Assembly: GCF_018350175.1 (NCBI RefSeq)
Contig: NC_058369.1
Span: 26,104,001-26,168,000, forward strand
DNA: 64,000 nt
Direction: 5' to 3'
DNA from: Felis catus
Lineage: Eukaryota
Position numbers and translations under genes: made by a program. Under the pieces are notes generated by a model. The model saw only the letters and a program-made list of their open reading frames with translations, was not told the DNA's origin and did not search any database. Below, one piece after another: positions 1 to 64,000 of this stretch; position 1 is the first letter of the stretch, and every line of letters starts with the position of its first letter.

Positions 1-104
1 ACTGTAGGTAAAAGGAGTGGAAAAAATATGTGCAAACAACTTATGGCTGTTTGTAGTCTCTTCTTTGTTCTTCTTTAATGCTTTTTCTGTTCCTTTTCTC
101 TTAG

Positions 105-61701
<61,597 letters not shown>

Positions 61702-63190
61702 AACAGTTCTCATCAAATCCTGGGAGGAGTTCTGGTGGTTGCTTTTGTTGCTTGTTTGTAACTTGTTTTATACAAAGTTTCCTCCAGCCTGTTTGTGGGT
61801 CTGAACCCCCATCCTGAAAAAAGTGCCTTCAGAAATAAGTCCTAGACCTGACTCCTTAGGGACGTGTTGGGGACTCTTAAGAAATGCAAACTCATTCAAT
61901 GGGCTGAGAAGATTTCCATGTACACTCGGTTCAAATCAGACCTCTTGGGGGCGCAGATCACCCGCAAGACTGACGTTTCTGGAAAATGAAATTGGCTTGC
62001 CAGTTTGTGACACAAAATGAAACGAGACTGGCGGGGAGGGACGAGGGGAAAGAGGCGACCTAGCGTAGGCTGTCATTTAGAAAAGAAGACTTAAAACCAG
62101 CTTCATCTCTCCCAGTGCCCGTGTCACATACAAGGCTCTTAGGCAGATGCCATCGTTTCAGCACTCTTCACCTCCACCCCCACGCCCATCCGTGGCCTTT
62201 CCACACTTGGCCAAGGGCAGCGAGTGCGCTGGCCTCAATGCTTCCTCGTGCCTCTCCTCCCGTTCTGCTGAGTGTTTATTTTCCTGCAAAGTTGTAACAC
62301 GTGCCCATCTTGGCAGCCACGTTTTTGCTTTTGTCTTTAAAGGCCACTAAAGTCGCTGGGTCCAAGGAAACTCTGCAGTGGCTTAACCACACACTCCAGC
62401 TATTTGTCAGTCTGATGAGTCTTGCCAACACGTTGGAAGTGACCACAGGTGGGTCACTGTGTCAGCGCCCTCAGACACAGAGGCCTGTCACAGGACACGA
62501 CACTCCCCACCCACCTCCAGTCAACCCTGGGATCACTTCTGGAAAATAATTATAGAAGGAAAGAATGAAACTCCTGCTGACCTTTGCGGGGGAGGCGGGC
62601 AGGGCGGTGGTGGCTCCTCGGTGGTCTTTCACCATTGGGCAGAAATAGGACAGCTACGCGGCTCTCGGTGGCTTTGTATTCATTTGGCCCTGATCACATC
62701 CGAGGCTGTTTAGACAGCATTGTGCAGGTGCAAAGCTCCAAAAATGGGGTGTAAGGCATTTTGCACCCCTTCCTGCAGATCTGAGCTGGTTTTGGAATAA
62801 ACTTAAAGCGCTTGGGGAACACTGCCTGACTTCAGGGCCCGGATGGGTGGTGTGGTCTGGGCAGGCAGACTTTGTTGATTTGGTCCTAAGGAAGTGGCCG
62901 CTGTTGTCACGAGTGCCTCCGTGGGGGGGACAGGGAGCGAGGTGGGGGACAGTCACCAGGATGTAGCAGCTGGGGGCAATTGTTGGCAATAGCCCCCCTG
63001 TTAGAAACCGGAGGAGCCTGAAGCCTAATGTGAAAGGGCCACAGGTTTTGGAAACTGGGACGTGGAAGCAAAACTGGAATCAAAAGCCAACTGTAAATTG
63101 TATCTTATAACTTATTAAATGTTTGCTCTGTCAGGCTTCCTTAGTGTTCTTGGAGGGTGGTGTTTCTGAATAAAAGGTTTGAGTCTCTGA
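61702..63190 (+). other. FLNB: FLNB 3' UTR (end approximate)
   Basis: Follows the stop codon; no SINEs; ends near ATTAAA 63114-63119 / AATAAA 63169-63174. Confidence 0.7.
63114..63174 (+). terminator. Candidate polyadenylation signals (ATTAAA 63114-63119; AATAAA 63169-63174)
   Basis: Upstream TGTA elements (ctgtaaattgtat) and GT/T-rich sequence downstream of ATTAAA. Confidence 0.6.
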
Positions 63191-63265
63191 CCAGCTCTTG
63201 CCAACCCCTGGTGGAAAGGACACAGATTAACAACTTGTTTCAACGTGCCTTTTTGTAAACCTGTA

Positions 63266-63467
63266 TCTATTTATTTTGAGAGAGCCGGGCGCATGGAAGT
63301 GGGGGAGGGGTAGAGAGAGCAAGAGAGAGAATCCCAAGCAGGCTCCATGCTGTCGGCGCGGAGCCCGATGGGCGGCTTGAACTCACGAGCAGGGAGACCT
63401 GGGAGATCGTGACCTGAGCCGAGATCAAGAGTCGGACACTTAACCAGCTGAGCCACCCAGGCGCCCC
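63266..63467 (-). mobile_element. CanSINE downstream of the poly(A) signals
   Basis: Reverse SINEC ending cccaggcgcccc. Confidence 0.87.
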
Positions 63468-64000
63468 AAGCCTTGCCTCTTTTTGCAGGGGGATGGCTTG
63501 CTTCTCTGTGAGCCCTGCTGGGAATATCTCATCAGGAGAGGCCAGACAGACAGGCTGGGCCTGGCAGTGAGGGCACTGGGGAAGGGGCACACTGGGTCTC
63601 GACACCAACGCAGCCTCTAGGAAGGAAAGCCTTTTTCCTGATGACACGAGAAAACCGTCATCTCAGGGATTTCACTCAAACAAGAAGCTCTGTCATCTGT
63701 TGTCCCGACTGCCCTTGGACAACAGGGTTTGTGTTTGGTGTTAGTGTCTTCCTCTCCCTGCTGCTTCTGCTAGGAGGAGTTTGTGCCTGACTTTATGCCT
63801 GGGATACCTAGCCCCTGACCTCCTGCTCACCCTCACGGCACTCCTGTGACACCACTTTACAGTGTGGATACCAGCTCTGGTGCTGTATGGACATGTTCGT
63901 AGTGTCAAGGCTCATGTGGGGCTCACCCTAGGCCCTGGCCTTTCTCTCCCCAGTGTGGGAGCCCCACCTCCCTGGTTATACCTCTGGGAGCAGGAACACA

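Overview
This is mammalian genomic DNA. Abundant tRNA-derived CanSINEs of the felid SINEC_Fc type point to a cat or other felid. The window holds the 3' part of the filamin B gene (FLNB) on the + strand: 36 coding exons with canonical AG/GT boundaries, equivalent to human exons 11-46 (numbering from my recall of the human gene). Their lengths sum to 6199 nt in one uninterrupted frame (1 nt + 2065 codons + TAA at 61699-61701), followed by the 3' UTR with candidate poly(A) signals. Regulated RNA elements include a 93-nt in-frame cassette exon, the 72/39-nt hinge-1 exon with two donors, the 123-nt var-1 exon, and the Q/R A-to-I recoding codon inside a predicted exon-intron hairpin. Introns carry about 32 CanSINEs, old hAT MITEs (MER58A, MER20, MER3, MER5A1, Charlie4a-like), MIR/L1 fragments and simple repeats. 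No new gene system is evident. The most notable items are the splicing/editing architecture and a TSD-flanked SINE-spacer-SINE composite insertion. Repeat family names come from recalled consensus sequences, not a search.
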